64,000 nucleotides of DNA from Minisyncoccota bacterium. Its GTDB lineage: Bacteria > Patescibacteriota > Minisyncoccia > UBA6257 > JAGOQP01. Both the position numbers and the translations under genes were made by a program. The notes beneath the pieces were generated by a model. It saw only the letters and a program-made list of their open reading frames with translations. It was not told where the DNA came from and ran no database searches. The stretch lies in assembly GCA_041661795.1 (NCBI GenBank), contig JBAZTS010000004.1:6136-70135 (forward strand), written 5' to 3'. The first letter of the stretch is position 1, and each line of letters begins with the position of its first letter. Positions 43,427-51,807 of this stretch are shown piece after piece.

Positions 43427-43549
43427 CTCGTCTCGCGGGTAACACCGTCGGGACGTCAGTAAGGCCTGCGTTTGGGGACGCAGGCCTTGTAAAATATACA
43501 CTTGCGTGAGCGAGTGATTTTTGTTATAATATAAATAAGGAGGTGTGAG

Positions 43550-43756
43550 ATGGATCAGGTGCTGGTTTCTTTATTGGCCGTAACGGTCATCGGTCTTCTT
43601 GCGGCTATCTGTTACGTCGTCTCTCTATTTATTAAGGGGAGATCAGACAAGAACAAAAAAATCAACAAAGAAATTACTGACTCCCTCTGCAAGTGGTCCC
43701 ACCAGGATATCGGAAAGCCGCCCGATGATCTCTGGAGTAAGCCGCCGGGAAAATGA
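43550..43756 (+). CDS. Small membrane protein (68 aa)
   Basis: GGAGG ribosome-binding site; one TM helix. A terminator follows at 43790-43832 (CGTCCGCGGGA...TCCCGCGGACG TTTTCGTTT). Confidence 0.45.
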   Translation: MDQVLVSLLAVTVIGLLAAICYVVSLFIKGRSDKNKKINKEITDSLCKWSHQDIGKPPDDLWSKPPGK

Positions 43757-43860
43757 GGTACACCATAATACTACGCACACGTTCGCTATACCGTCCGCGG
43801 GAGCAATTGGGCTTCCCGCGGACGTTTTCGTTTAAGAAAAGATTGATATATAATTTATCC

Positions 43861-44064
43861 ATGGAAATCATCGGAGGAATTGGAGTTTTAATAATCGCTC
43901 TGGCTATTTGGATAAAAAAAGAAGGAGTCCAAGATATTTTATTTATTATCGGTGGAGCGTTTCTTTTGGCATACAGTGTTTATTTAAACAACATCATTTT
44001 TATAGTTCTTCAGTGTATTTTTATCATCTCGTCTTTTCTGGAAATTGTTTCAAAAAAGAAATAA
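43861..44064 (+). CDS. Small membrane protein (67 aa, two TM)
   Basis: Hydrophobic ORF starting at the internal Met MEIIGG. Confidence 0.4.
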   Translation: MEIIGGIGVLIIALAIWIKKEGVQDILFIIGGAFLLAYSVYLNNIIFIVLQCIFIISSFLEIVSKKK

Positions 44065-44129
44065 TAGCCACTTTTTTTATTCGGTTATTTTTTGTATAAT
44101 TAATTTAATTATTATTTATTATTAATTTT

Positions 44130-45290
44130 ATGAATAAGAAATTATTTTCTTTAGTTCTGTTGGTTATTGGTTTGGTTTGTCTCCCTCTCTTTTCACAAGC
44201 GCTTACTTTTAAAGGGGGCGAGTCATATTATCTTTCTCAAGGAGATAAAGTTGCAGGTGATTTATATCTTGGGGCTTCATCGGCGACAATCGCAGGAGAA
44301 GTTAACGGCGATTTATTTATCGGAGGCGGTTCGGTGTTTATTTCCGGTCCTATAAAACAAGATTTAACAGTTGCCGGAGGTTCGATTAATTTAAACGGAG
44401 CAATAGGAGACGACATCAGAGCGGCAGGAGGAAATATTGTTATTGGCGGAAATGTAGGGGGTGATTTACTCATTTTTGGAGGACAGGTTCATCTCGCTCC
44501 CGGGGCAGTTGTAAAAGGGGAAGCTCTTATATATGGAGGAATGGTAACGATTGATGGAAAAATTATGGGAGATGTAAAAATCAGAGGAGGTCAGGTGGTT
44601 GTTAACGGATGGTTGCTTGGAAAGAATTCAGATATTGCCGTTCAAAAAAGTTTGATTTTAGGTTCATCTGCCAGAGTTGAGGGAAATTTAACATATAAAG
44701 CTCCACAGGAAGCTCAAATAGACTCACTGGCGATCATTATTGGGGAAACAAAATTTGAAAAAATCGAGGGTGGGACAAAATATTCCAATCCCATGGGAAG
44801 TTGGTGGAAAAAAGCGGTTGGAGTTTTGTGGGGAATTAAACTGGCCATGACTTTACTGGTAGTTCTTTTGGCGGTTTGGATTTTCCCAAAGCATGTTCAA
44901 AATTATGTTAGTTATGCCAAAGGAAATTTTTGGAAAGAGGTCTTGAGAGGATTTCTCTTTTTGGTTGTTGTCCCGATAGCCGTTATTCTTTCGTTCATAA
45001 CTGTTATTGGAATTCCAGTGGGAGGATTGCTTTTGGTTTCTTATGTTCTTTCTCTATTTGTTGCTTTTGGAGTTATAGCTTCTTTGGTTCTGGGATCTTT
45101 GGTCTGGCAGTGGTTTTCTTCGGATAAAAAACTTGAAGTTACCTGGAAGCAGGCGATTGTTGGGGTAATTCTATTAAATGTCTTAGGATTTATTCCTTTT
45201 GTGGGATGGATTGCTGTCTTTATCTTTTCCCTAGTTTCACTGGGGGTGGTGTTTCATTCTTGGCAGGACAAAGTTTGGACACAGAGATAA
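44130..45290 (+). CDS. Bactofilin-like / polymer-forming beta-helix repeat protein with a C-terminal membrane domain
   Basis: Signal peptide. Repeated 'G(D/G)L...GG.V.I.G.I.GDL' left-handed beta-helix repeats. About four C-terminal TM helices. Confidence 0.5.
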   Translation: MNKKLFSLVLLVIGLVCLPLFSQALTFKGGESYYLSQGDKVAGDLYLGASSATIAGEVNGDLFIGGGSVFISGPIKQDLTVAGGSINLNGAIGDDIRAAGGNIVIGGNVGGDLLIFGGQVHLAPGAVVKGEALIYGGMVTIDGKIMGDVKIRGGQVVVNGWLLGKNSDIAVQKSLILGSSARVEGNLTYKAPQEAQIDSLAIIIGETKFEKIEGGTKYSNPMGSWWKKAVGVLWGIKLAMTLLVVLLAVWIFPKHVQNYVSYAKGNFWKEVLRGFLFLVVVPIAVILSFITVIGIPVGGLLLVSYVLSLFVAFGVIASLVLGSLVWQWFSSDKKLEVTWKQAIVGVILLNVLGFIPFVGWIAVFIFSLVSLGVVFHSWQDKVWTQR

Positions 45291-45335
45291 TTTAATTTTA
45301 TTGCCAAGGTTGTCTGTTTTTGTTATCTTTGCCTT

Positions 45336-46535
45336 ATGATTTCTTTTAAAAAGTTATTTTTAACAGCGATTTTTTTACTGGGATTATTTTTTATATCCAA
45401 TATTTCGCTGGCTCAGGAAAATAAAACGACTCTCTACTTTTTCTGGGGAGACGGATGTCCGCATTGCGCTGATGAGGAAGTTTTTTTAGAAAAGCTTAAA
45501 GCCAAATACTCAAACTTAGAAGTAAAAGATTTTGAAGTTTGGTTTAATTCGGATAATCAGAAGATTTTAAAGAAAACGGCAGAAATATTAAACGCAAAAG
45601 TTGGAGGAGTTCCTTTTACTGTTGTTGGTGATTGGTACAAAGTTGGTTATACAAATGACCAGACGAGTGGTAAAGAGATAGAAGACAAAGTGAAAGAATG
45701 TTTGGTAAATTCATGTCTTGACCCGCTGACTTCTTTAATTAAACCTCAAGAAAAACCGGATATTGATGATAAAAAAAATTCCGTTGTCCCAGATTCAATA
45801 ACATTTCCTCTGATTGGCGAAATCAAGACGAAGAATCTGTCTTTGCCGTTACTAACCGCGGTTTTTGGATTGGTAGACGGATTTAATCCATGCGCCATGT
45901 GGGCTCTGGTTTTTCTTATTGGGCTTCTTTTAGAAATAAAAAACAGAACTCGTATGTGGGTTTTGGGAACAACTTTTATAGCAATCTCGGGAATTGTTTA
46001 CTTTATATTTATGGCAGCTTGGTTAAATCTTCTTATTTTTATCGGATTTATTTTCTGGGTGAGGTTAATAATTGGACTGGTAGCCGTTGGAGGGGGGGCG
46101 TGGAGTTTGAAAGAATATTTCACAAAGCCGAATCTGGTTTGTGTAGTTGAAGAGTCGGATAAAAAGAAAAACTTTTTTGAGAAACTAAAAGGAATTGTTA
46201 AAAAAGAAAATTTCTGGCTGGCTCTTGGAGGAATAATTTTATTGGGGGCTTCGGTCAACTTGATTGAGTTAATGTGTTCTGCCGGACTTCCGGCCGTTTA
46301 TACCCAGATTTTATCTTTGAGCGAACTCTCTTCCGTTTCTTATTATCTCTACTTGTTGCTTTATATATTTTTCTATATGCTGGACGACATTGTTGTCTTT
46401 GTAATTGCCATGACAACATTACGATTAACAGGATTTTCGGGAAAATACGCCCGCTGGTCTCGCTTAATTGGAGGAGCGATCATGTTGATTTTGGGAATAC
46501 TTTTGATTTTCAAACCGGGTTGGTTGATGTTCTAA
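45336..46535 (+). CDS. Thioredoxin-like domain fused to a CcdA/DsbD-type transmembrane thiol-disulfide transfer domain
   Basis: N-terminal 'GDGCPHCADEE' CxxC thioredoxin fold. TM domain with 'NPCAMWAL' and 'MCSAGLP' Cys motifs typical of CcdA/DsbD-beta. Confidence 0.65.
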   Translation: MISFKKLFLTAIFLLGLFFISNISLAQENKTTLYFFWGDGCPHCADEEVFLEKLKAKYSNLEVKDFEVWFNSDNQKILKKTAEILNAKVGGVPFTVVGDWYKVGYTNDQTSGKEIEDKVKECLVNSCLDPLTSLIKPQEKPDIDDKKNSVVPDSITFPLIGEIKTKNLSLPLLTAVFGLVDGFNPCAMWALVFLIGLLLEIKNRTRMWVLGTTFIAISGIVYFIFMAAWLNLLIFIGFIFWVRLIIGLVAVGGGAWSLKEYFTKPNLVCVVEESDKKKNFFEKLKGIVKKENFWLALGGIILLGASVNLIELMCSAGLPAVYTQILSLSELSSVSYYLYLLLYIFFYMLDDIVVFVIAMTTLRLTGFSGKYARWSRLIGGAIMLILGILLIFKPGWLMF

Positions 46536-46537
46536 AT

Positions 46538-46816
46538 TTAGCTACAGAATATAACAATATAGACGCCAATCATTATAGCGTTGAACCAAATGCAATCTCG
46601 CGAATAGATTTCGCTTGGTTGTTTTTTATAAACCGTAATTGTAGAAGTTATTAGAGGAGGTAAATGAACCAATAAGACAACCAAAACAATTATTAATTTC
46701 AAATCAATTTCTGTTAAATATCCTAAAATAATTAAAAAGAAACCAGCGCTACAAAGAAACCATATTGCATGGTTTGCGTTTCTAAAGATTCTTTTTTTAA
46801 CTAACCATTCAATCAT
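46538..46816 (-). CDS. Hypothetical small membrane protein (92 aa)
   Basis: Two to three TM helices. The start abuts the end of repeat copy B. Confidence 0.4.
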   Translation of the reverse strand: MIEWLVKKRIFRNANHAIWFLCSAGFFLIILGYLTEIDLKLIIVLVVLLVHLPPLITSTITVYKKQPSEIYSRDCIWFNAIMIGVYIVIFCS

Positions 46817-46935
46817 TGTGAGCGGGTAAGGGGAATCTCACGTCGTCCGCTCAAGGCGGACTCTTTCAAAACCCTCGGTTTTGAATAATTTCCTACACGG
46901 AAGATTAAGCATCTCCCGACCCCTCTCTATTCGAT
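46806..46935. repeat. Copy B of the roughly 130-nt tRNA-associated three-hairpin element (3' of tRNA-Trp)
   Basis: About 90% identical to 16085-16215. It begins with TGAGCGGGTAAGGGGAATC, an exact 19-nt duplicate of the tRNA-Trp 3' end located 180 nt away. A bidirectional hairpin plus T-run (46940-46980) separates it from tRNA-Trp. Confidence 0.7.
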
Positions 46936-46985
46936 TCCATTCCACTCATAAAAAATATCCCGGCGATGCGGAATATTTTTTTATG

Positions 46986-47056
46986 AGCGGGTAAGGGGAA
47001 TCGAACCCCTGGCGCCAGTTTGGAAAACTGGGGTATTACCACTATACGATACCCGC
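46986..47056 (-). tRNA. tRNA-Trp (anticodon CCA)
   Basis: Cloverleaf from the reverse complement: GCGGGTA acceptor, anticodon loop TTCCAAA, T-loop TTCGATT. Confidence 0.75.
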
Positions 47057-47131
47057 AACCAATTAACCTATAACAAGGATAAAATAACACGCCAACTTGA
47101 TTTTTTCAACATTTTTGGGGTAAGCTTGATT

Positions 47132-47185
47132 TACCCCCACACTAATTGTGGGGTAGGATTAACTCTCACAATTAGTGTGGGGGTA
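47132..47185. promoter_or_regulatory. Long inverted repeat TACCCCCACACTAATTGTGGGGTA-(9 nt)-CTCACAATTAGTGTGGGGGTA upstream of ORF 47197
   Basis: Read directly. The TACCCC...GGGGTA half-sites resemble the CsoR operator at 47959. Confidence 0.45.
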
Positions 47186-47196
47186 TACCAAAAGAT

Positions 47197-47808
47197 ATGA
47201 TAAAAGATTGGTTTTCAAGAATTTCTAAAAGAACCAAATGGGTAATAGCAACAATAATTCTTATATTTGTTGTCGCTTTTTTGATGTTTGTTTTTTCTCC
47301 TCTTTCCAAAGCATCAATTCCACCCGCTTTTAGTCAGGCCAGACAAGAGGGGTCAATATACGCTAAGGAAATAGCCGTGGCCACTAATGAAATCGCGGTA
47401 AACCTCAATGGCATTGGCGAGTTAAAAGACAGAAATGAAAAATCAAAAATATTTGATTTGGTTATCGCTCAAATACAAAAAAATAATCAAACAAAGGAAA
47501 AAGCTCTTCTTCTCACCGAACAATTAAGGAAAATGACCAGTGCTCTTCCGGATGTTACTCCTGAAAAAGCCGGACAGGTAGCTTTGGAAGCACTAACTTC
47601 AGAAACAGTTTTGGTGCAAAAACTAATTAATTACAGCGACCTTCTAAACCAGCTTTTGAATTCAATTAAAGATAAACTGGCAAGTGGTGACAATAATTAC
47701 GATAGCGTCAATAAAATTATTGACAACATCAACAAAGAAACGAGTGAAATAAACAAACTCAACGAAGAGTTTTCACAAAAGATGGATAAGTTTGACGGGT
47801 ATTTTTAG
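47197..47808 (+). CDS. Hypothetical membrane-anchored coiled-coil protein
   Basis: N-terminal TM helix; no recognisable domain. Confidence 0.4.
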   Translation: MIKDWFSRISKRTKWVIATIILIFVVAFLMFVFSPLSKASIPPAFSQARQEGSIYAKEIAVATNEIAVNLNGIGELKDRNEKSKIFDLVIAQIQKNNQTKEKALLLTEQLRKMTSALPDVTPEKAGQVALEALTSETVLVQKLINYSDLLNQLLNSIKDKLASGDNNYDSVNKIIDNINKETSEINKLNEEFSQKMDKFDGYF

Positions 47809-47839
47809 GGGCTAAATCCGACCATGAAGATTTTGTTTA

Positions 47840-47910
47840 GGGCCTATAGTTAAGTGGTAGAACACCTCATTTGCAATGAGGAGACGGCAGTTCAATTCTG
47901 CCTAGGTCCA
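47840..47910 (+). tRNA. tRNA-Ala (anticodon TGC)
   Basis: GGGCCTA acceptor with G3:U70; anticodon loop TTTGCAA; T-loop TTCAATT. Confidence 0.75.
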
Positions 47911-47958
47911 CAGGATAGAAAACTCTCTAACGGGAGTTTTTTGATTGACATTTGACAT

Positions 47959-47976
47959 ATACCCCCGGGGGGGTAT
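47959..47976 (+). promoter_or_regulatory. CsoR-type operator ATACCCCCGGGGGGGTAT, overlapping the -10 (TATAAT 47974-47979) of a TTGACA promoter
   Basis: It matches the known CsoR operator architecture (TACCC-N-GGGTA, e.g. B. subtilis copZA ATACCCTACGGGGGTAT). It lies directly upstream of the csoR-like gene. Confidence 0.7.
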
Positions 47977-47977
47977 A

Positions 47978-48256
47978 ATGGAAATCATGAAAAAAACCAC
48001 AAACAAAAGTCGGCTTATCCAACGATTAAAAATTATTGAAGGTCAGGTCAGAGGTCTTCAAGAAATGGTTGAAAAAGGAGTTTATTGTATTGATATTATT
48101 ACCCAAACTTCGGCGGTAAAGCAGGGGCTTTCTAATGTGGAGGATATTCTTGTGGAGAGTCACTTAAACAGTTGCATTATCAATCAGATAAAATCGGGGC
48201 AAACCGACAAAGCCCAAAAAGAAATTCTCAAGGTTTATAAATTAAAAAGGAAATAA
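47978..48256 (+). CDS. csoR: CsoR/RcnR-family copper-sensing repressor
   Basis: DUF156 pattern 'RL.RIEGQVRGL..MVE....C.D...Q..AV...L'. Start taken at the internal Met; the transcript is leaderless or nearly so. Confidence 0.75.
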   Translation: MEIMKKTTNKSRLIQRLKIIEGQVRGLQEMVEKGVYCIDIITQTSAVKQGLSNVEDILVESHLNSCIINQIKSGQTDKAQKEILKVYKLKRK

Positions 48257-48263
48257 TATTTTT

Positions 48264-48743
48264 ATGAAAAATACGTATATTTTAGGCGTGTTGGCGATAG
48301 TTTTAATAGGAGTTGGAATTTATTTTTCTTCTTCCGGTCCGGTTGCCAATAGTCAGGGGAAATTAGAAACATCTCATCTTACCTATGATTTTGGACAAGT
48401 GATAATGAATGCCGGAAATGTTGAACATAAGTTTGTTTTGCAAAATAATAGTTCAGAGCCGATAACCGTCGGTGAAATTTCAACTTCTTGTATGTGTACT
48501 ACGGTTTTTATGGAGTATGATGGTAAAAGTGACGGGCCGTTTGGAATGAGCGGGCATGATATAAAAAGAACGGCTGGCATTACAATAGAGCCGGGAAAGT
48601 CGGCTGATTTAAAAGTTGTTTTTGACCCGGCGGCTCATGGACCATCCGGAACAGGATTTATCCAGAGAAATATTTATATCAACACTAATTCAATTGCTCA
48701 ACCTCAAGTCGTTTTCGAAATTAGTGGTACAGTAAATCTTTAA
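48264..48743 (+). CDS. DUF1573-domain membrane-anchored protein
   Basis: 'YDFGQV..G...HKFVL.N....P..V....TSCMCT' is the DUF1573 signature. Confidence 0.55.
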   Translation: MKNTYILGVLAIVLIGVGIYFSSSGPVANSQGKLETSHLTYDFGQVIMNAGNVEHKFVLQNNSSEPITVGEISTSCMCTTVFMEYDGKSDGPFGMSGHDIKRTAGITIEPGKSADLKVVFDPAAHGPSGTGFIQRNIYINTNSIAQPQVVFEISGTVNL

Positions 48744-48770
48744 CATTAAATAACTTTAGTACTTAATAAA

Positions 48771-49670
48771 ATGAAGGACAAAATTATTACTTTCTTGGGA
48801 GGCGCTGTTTTGGCGATAGTGGCAATTATCGGAGTTGCCTATTTAGGGTCTGATTACAAAAAAGAAACAATTAATTCAAAGGATCTTAATACTGGTAAAA
48901 ACGATTCTCATGTCCAAACATCTAATGACTACAATTTTAAAACGGGGCTCAAATTGGACCAATTTCCCAAGAATCTAGTTGAAAATGGGATTGTTGATTT
49001 AGAAAAATATCGTCAATTGGCAGGTGAGATGCCCGCAGAAGAAAGTCAGATTTTGGAATCCAACAATAGTAAGGAAGAAATAATTATTAATCAGAATAAT
49101 AATCAATTTTTTCTTAATCTTTTTTGGGGCTTAGGTTTGGCGCAAGAAAATAAATATCTTGTTGAATTAAGGTCTTACAAAGACCAAAACCAGCTAGATG
49201 GGCTAGCGTCAACAGGAGGATGGAATATCGCTAACGGTTCCGCTTCCGACCATTTTTCCATGCATAATTTTCTTAATTTGACCGACGAACAACAAAAGAA
49301 AGTGGCTGATATAGCTTCCACTATTTATCGTCCTTGTTGCGGCAACAGCGCCCGTTTTGCTGATTGCAATCATGGGATGGCAATGCTGGGGGTTTTGTCT
49401 TTGGGAGTATCTCAGGGACTTTCAGATGATCAGCTCTATAACTTAGCTCTTAAATTTAATTCTGTCTGGTTTCCCGATCAATATAGCCAGATGGCGCAGT
49501 ATTTTAAAGTTTTTGAAAAGAAGGAAACAAACCAAGTTGACCCTAAAATAGTTCTTTCGGCTAAATTCTCCAGTGGTCAGGGATTTTCTCAAAATATTGA
49601 GAAACCATTAGCAACTTTAAATAATCCTTCGGCAGGTCCTCAATCCGGTGGAGGCAGCTGTTCGCTTTAA
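48771..49670 (+). CDS. Hypothetical secreted or anchored protein with a C-terminal Cys cluster (CCGNSARFADCNHG)
   Basis: ORF with an N-terminal TM helix. Confidence 0.4.
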   Translation: MKDKIITFLGGAVLAIVAIIGVAYLGSDYKKETINSKDLNTGKNDSHVQTSNDYNFKTGLKLDQFPKNLVENGIVDLEKYRQLAGEMPAEESQILESNNSKEEIIINQNNNQFFLNLFWGLGLAQENKYLVELRSYKDQNQLDGLASTGGWNIANGSASDHFSMHNFLNLTDEQQKKVADIASTIYRPCCGNSARFADCNHGMAMLGVLSLGVSQGLSDDQLYNLALKFNSVWFPDQYSQMAQYFKVFEKKETNQVDPKIVLSAKFSSGQGFSQNIEKPLATLNNPSAGPQSGGGSCSL

Positions 49671-50403
49671 AATTATGTTTATTATTTCCATTCTGGGTTC
49701 ATTTCTAGGTGGCATGGCGGCTCTTTTTGCTCCTTGTTGCGTTACCATACTCTTTCCTCTTTATCTGGGAACTATTTTTAAACAAACATCTCGTGTTTTG
49801 CTAATGACGGCGATTTTTGGTTTGGGAATTGCCGCGGTTTTACTACCAATTAGTTTGGGAGTCAGTTTCTTGGCTGAGTTTTTTCACAACTATCATCGTG
49901 AATTTTACATTTTCGGAGGAATAATGCTTCTTTTGGTGGGATTAACTTTGGCGTTTAAAATTAAAATGCCTATGCCTCGCTTCAAACAGCCAGAAATCTC
50001 TCAACAGGATGGCAAGATAGGTTTAGCTGGCGCTTTTGGACTGGGAATTTTTTCGGGAATTGCCAGCGCCTGCTGCGCTCCAGTGCTTGCTGGTAGTTTA
50101 ACTTTAGCTGTTATCTCGGGAACTTTTCTGAAAGCGTTTATAGTTAGTATGTTTTATGTTTTAGGAATGGTTGTCCCTTTATTTGTCTTGGCTTTTTTCT
50201 GGAAAAAGCTAAAATTCTCCGACTTAAAAATTTTTGAAGGCGGAAAATTGAAAATTATCGCTGGAGTCGTATTTGCCTTAGTGGGTATTATGATTTTTTA
50301 TCTGGGAATCACCGGTAATCAGTGGTGGGCTCCGGAGTGGCAGGTCGGATTTTCTGATTGGTTAAAGAATATCAGTCAGGGCGTGGTGAACATTTTTAGA
50401 TAA
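49648..50403 (+). CDS. CcdA/DsbD_2-like polytopic membrane protein with paired Cys motifs (APCC, ACCAP)
   Basis: Six TM helices with intramembrane CC pairs. Confidence 0.45.
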   Translation: MEAAVRFKIMFIISILGSFLGGMAALFAPCCVTILFPLYLGTIFKQTSRVLLMTAIFGLGIAAVLLPISLGVSFLAEFFHNYHREFYIFGGIMLLLVGLTLAFKIKMPMPRFKQPEISQQDGKIGLAGAFGLGIFSGIASACCAPVLAGSLTLAVISGTFLKAFIVSMFYVLGMVVPLFVLAFFWKKLKFSDLKIFEGGKLKIIAGVVFALVGIMIFYLGITGNQWWAPEWQVGFSDWLKNISQGVVNIFR

Positions 50404-50443
50404 TTAAAAAGGTCGCTTTCGTTATAAGTTTTTATTAATCAAT

Positions 50444-50731
50444 ATGGAAAATCATTCTTGCCAAATTCACAAAAACGGTTTTGCCAGAGCGGCGGCTTTA
50501 GTGATGGGAGGAATTTACGCTTTGTGCGCTATTTTTGTGGCTCTCTGGCCTGGGTTGGGATTAAAACTTTTTGGGTATCTGACTCATTTAGTCAATCTGA
50601 ACACCGCCGCCAAGGTTACCCTGGGAGGTTTTATTATTGGGCTTCTTGAGGTTTTGGTTTATACCTATGTTGTTGCTTGGCTGATTGCCTGGTTACACAA
50701 TAGGTTTTGCGGTCCTAAACACTCCGCTTAA
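50444..50731 (+). CDS. Hypothetical small membrane protein
   Basis: Two to three TM helices. Confidence 0.35.
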   Translation: MENHSCQIHKNGFARAAALVMGGIYALCAIFVALWPGLGLKLFGYLTHLVNLNTAAKVTLGGFIIGLLEVLVYTYVVAWLIAWLHNRFCGPKHSA

Positions 50732-50737
50732 TCATAC

Positions 50738-51193
50738 ATGAACGGAATAAATATTAGAAAATCTGTTTTTTTGGCAACACTGGCCTTTTTAATGCTTCTG
50801 GCTATCTATTTTTCCGTTCTCACCCTGGTTTCTGGTTCTGAATATTCCCGAGGACAGTTTAGCAGATATTGGTATTTTGTTTTGCTTTTGGCTTTGGGGT
50901 TTGGAGTTCAAATCGGTTTATATTCCTACCTAAAAAATTTTATTAAATACTCCAGAGCCGAAAGCGGAACCGTGGCGGTCTTAGGAACAACTTCAACCGT
51001 TTCAATGATTTCTTGCTGTTCCCACTATCTTGCCAATATTCTGCCGATTATCGGAACTAGCGGTATTGCAGCTTTTGCCGGGGTTTATCAGGTTGAGCTA
51101 TTCTGGTTGGGCATATTGTTAAATTTAGTCGGAATCGCTTTTATTTCTCTGCGGTTGAACAAAGTTCTAAAGGTTCATTTAAAAACAACATGA
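50738..51193 (+). CDS. Hypothetical membrane protein
   Basis: Four TM helices. Confidence 0.35.
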   Translation: MNGINIRKSVFLATLAFLMLLAIYFSVLTLVSGSEYSRGQFSRYWYFVLLLALGFGVQIGLYSYLKNFIKYSRAESGTVAVLGTTSTVSMISCCSHYLANILPIIGTSGIAAFAGVYQVELFWLGILLNLVGIAFISLRLNKVLKVHLKTT

Positions 51194-51630
51194 AGAAGAT
51201 CCCTATAATCATATTTTTTTTGTTGCTGGCCGCCGCTCTTACCTTTTTTGTTTTTGATTTTAAACCGGAAAGTCAGTCAGATATTCAGACGAAAGAAAAT
51301 GAGACAATTATTCTAGATTCTCAAACTGAATCTGCGGGAGATGTTCAAGTAAGCGCAACGCCAATAATCAATGAATATTTAAAATTTGAGATGGTTTTTG
51401 ACACTCACTCGGGAGATTTGAATTATGATTTGGTTTCTATTTCACAACTAAAAGATAAAGATGAAAATATTTATCAGCCCTTGGCTTGGGAAGGTGATAA
51501 ACCGGGAGGTCATCATAGGGAGGGAACCTTGAATTTTGGCCCAAGTTCAGATATTTCAATGTTACCCGTCATAATTTTAGAAATTAACGGCATTAGAGAG
51601 GAAAATTTAATTTTTAAATGGGATTTATAA
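51190..51630 (+). CDS. Hypothetical secreted protein
   Basis: Signal peptide; overlaps the previous gene's stop. Confidence 0.35.
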   Translation: MKKIPIIIFFLLLAAALTFFVFDFKPESQSDIQTKENETIILDSQTESAGDVQVSATPIINEYLKFEMVFDTHSGDLNYDLVSISQLKDKDENIYQPLAWEGDKPGGHHREGTLNFGPSSDISMLPVIILEINGIREENLIFKWDL

Positions 51631-51807
51631 AAACATGAACTGTTGCGGACATAAACATAATAATAACCACTCTAATCACAATAACGGAGACAAAACCGAT
51701 GATTCTAATCAGTCCATATCAATACTTCGCTGGTTGCATTGGGGAATGATGGGAATGCTAATTTTATATATTTTAAGTAAATTTTTTAAAATATTTTAAT
51801 TGTATTT

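Noticed and set aside
43244-43501. 85-aa minus-strand ORF in the GC-rich block
   Set aside because: It has no ribosome-binding site. The plus strand here has a short ORF with a canonical AAGGAGG site, and the minus ORF spans a plus-strand terminator hairpin. It is probably an artefact of GC-rich sequence.
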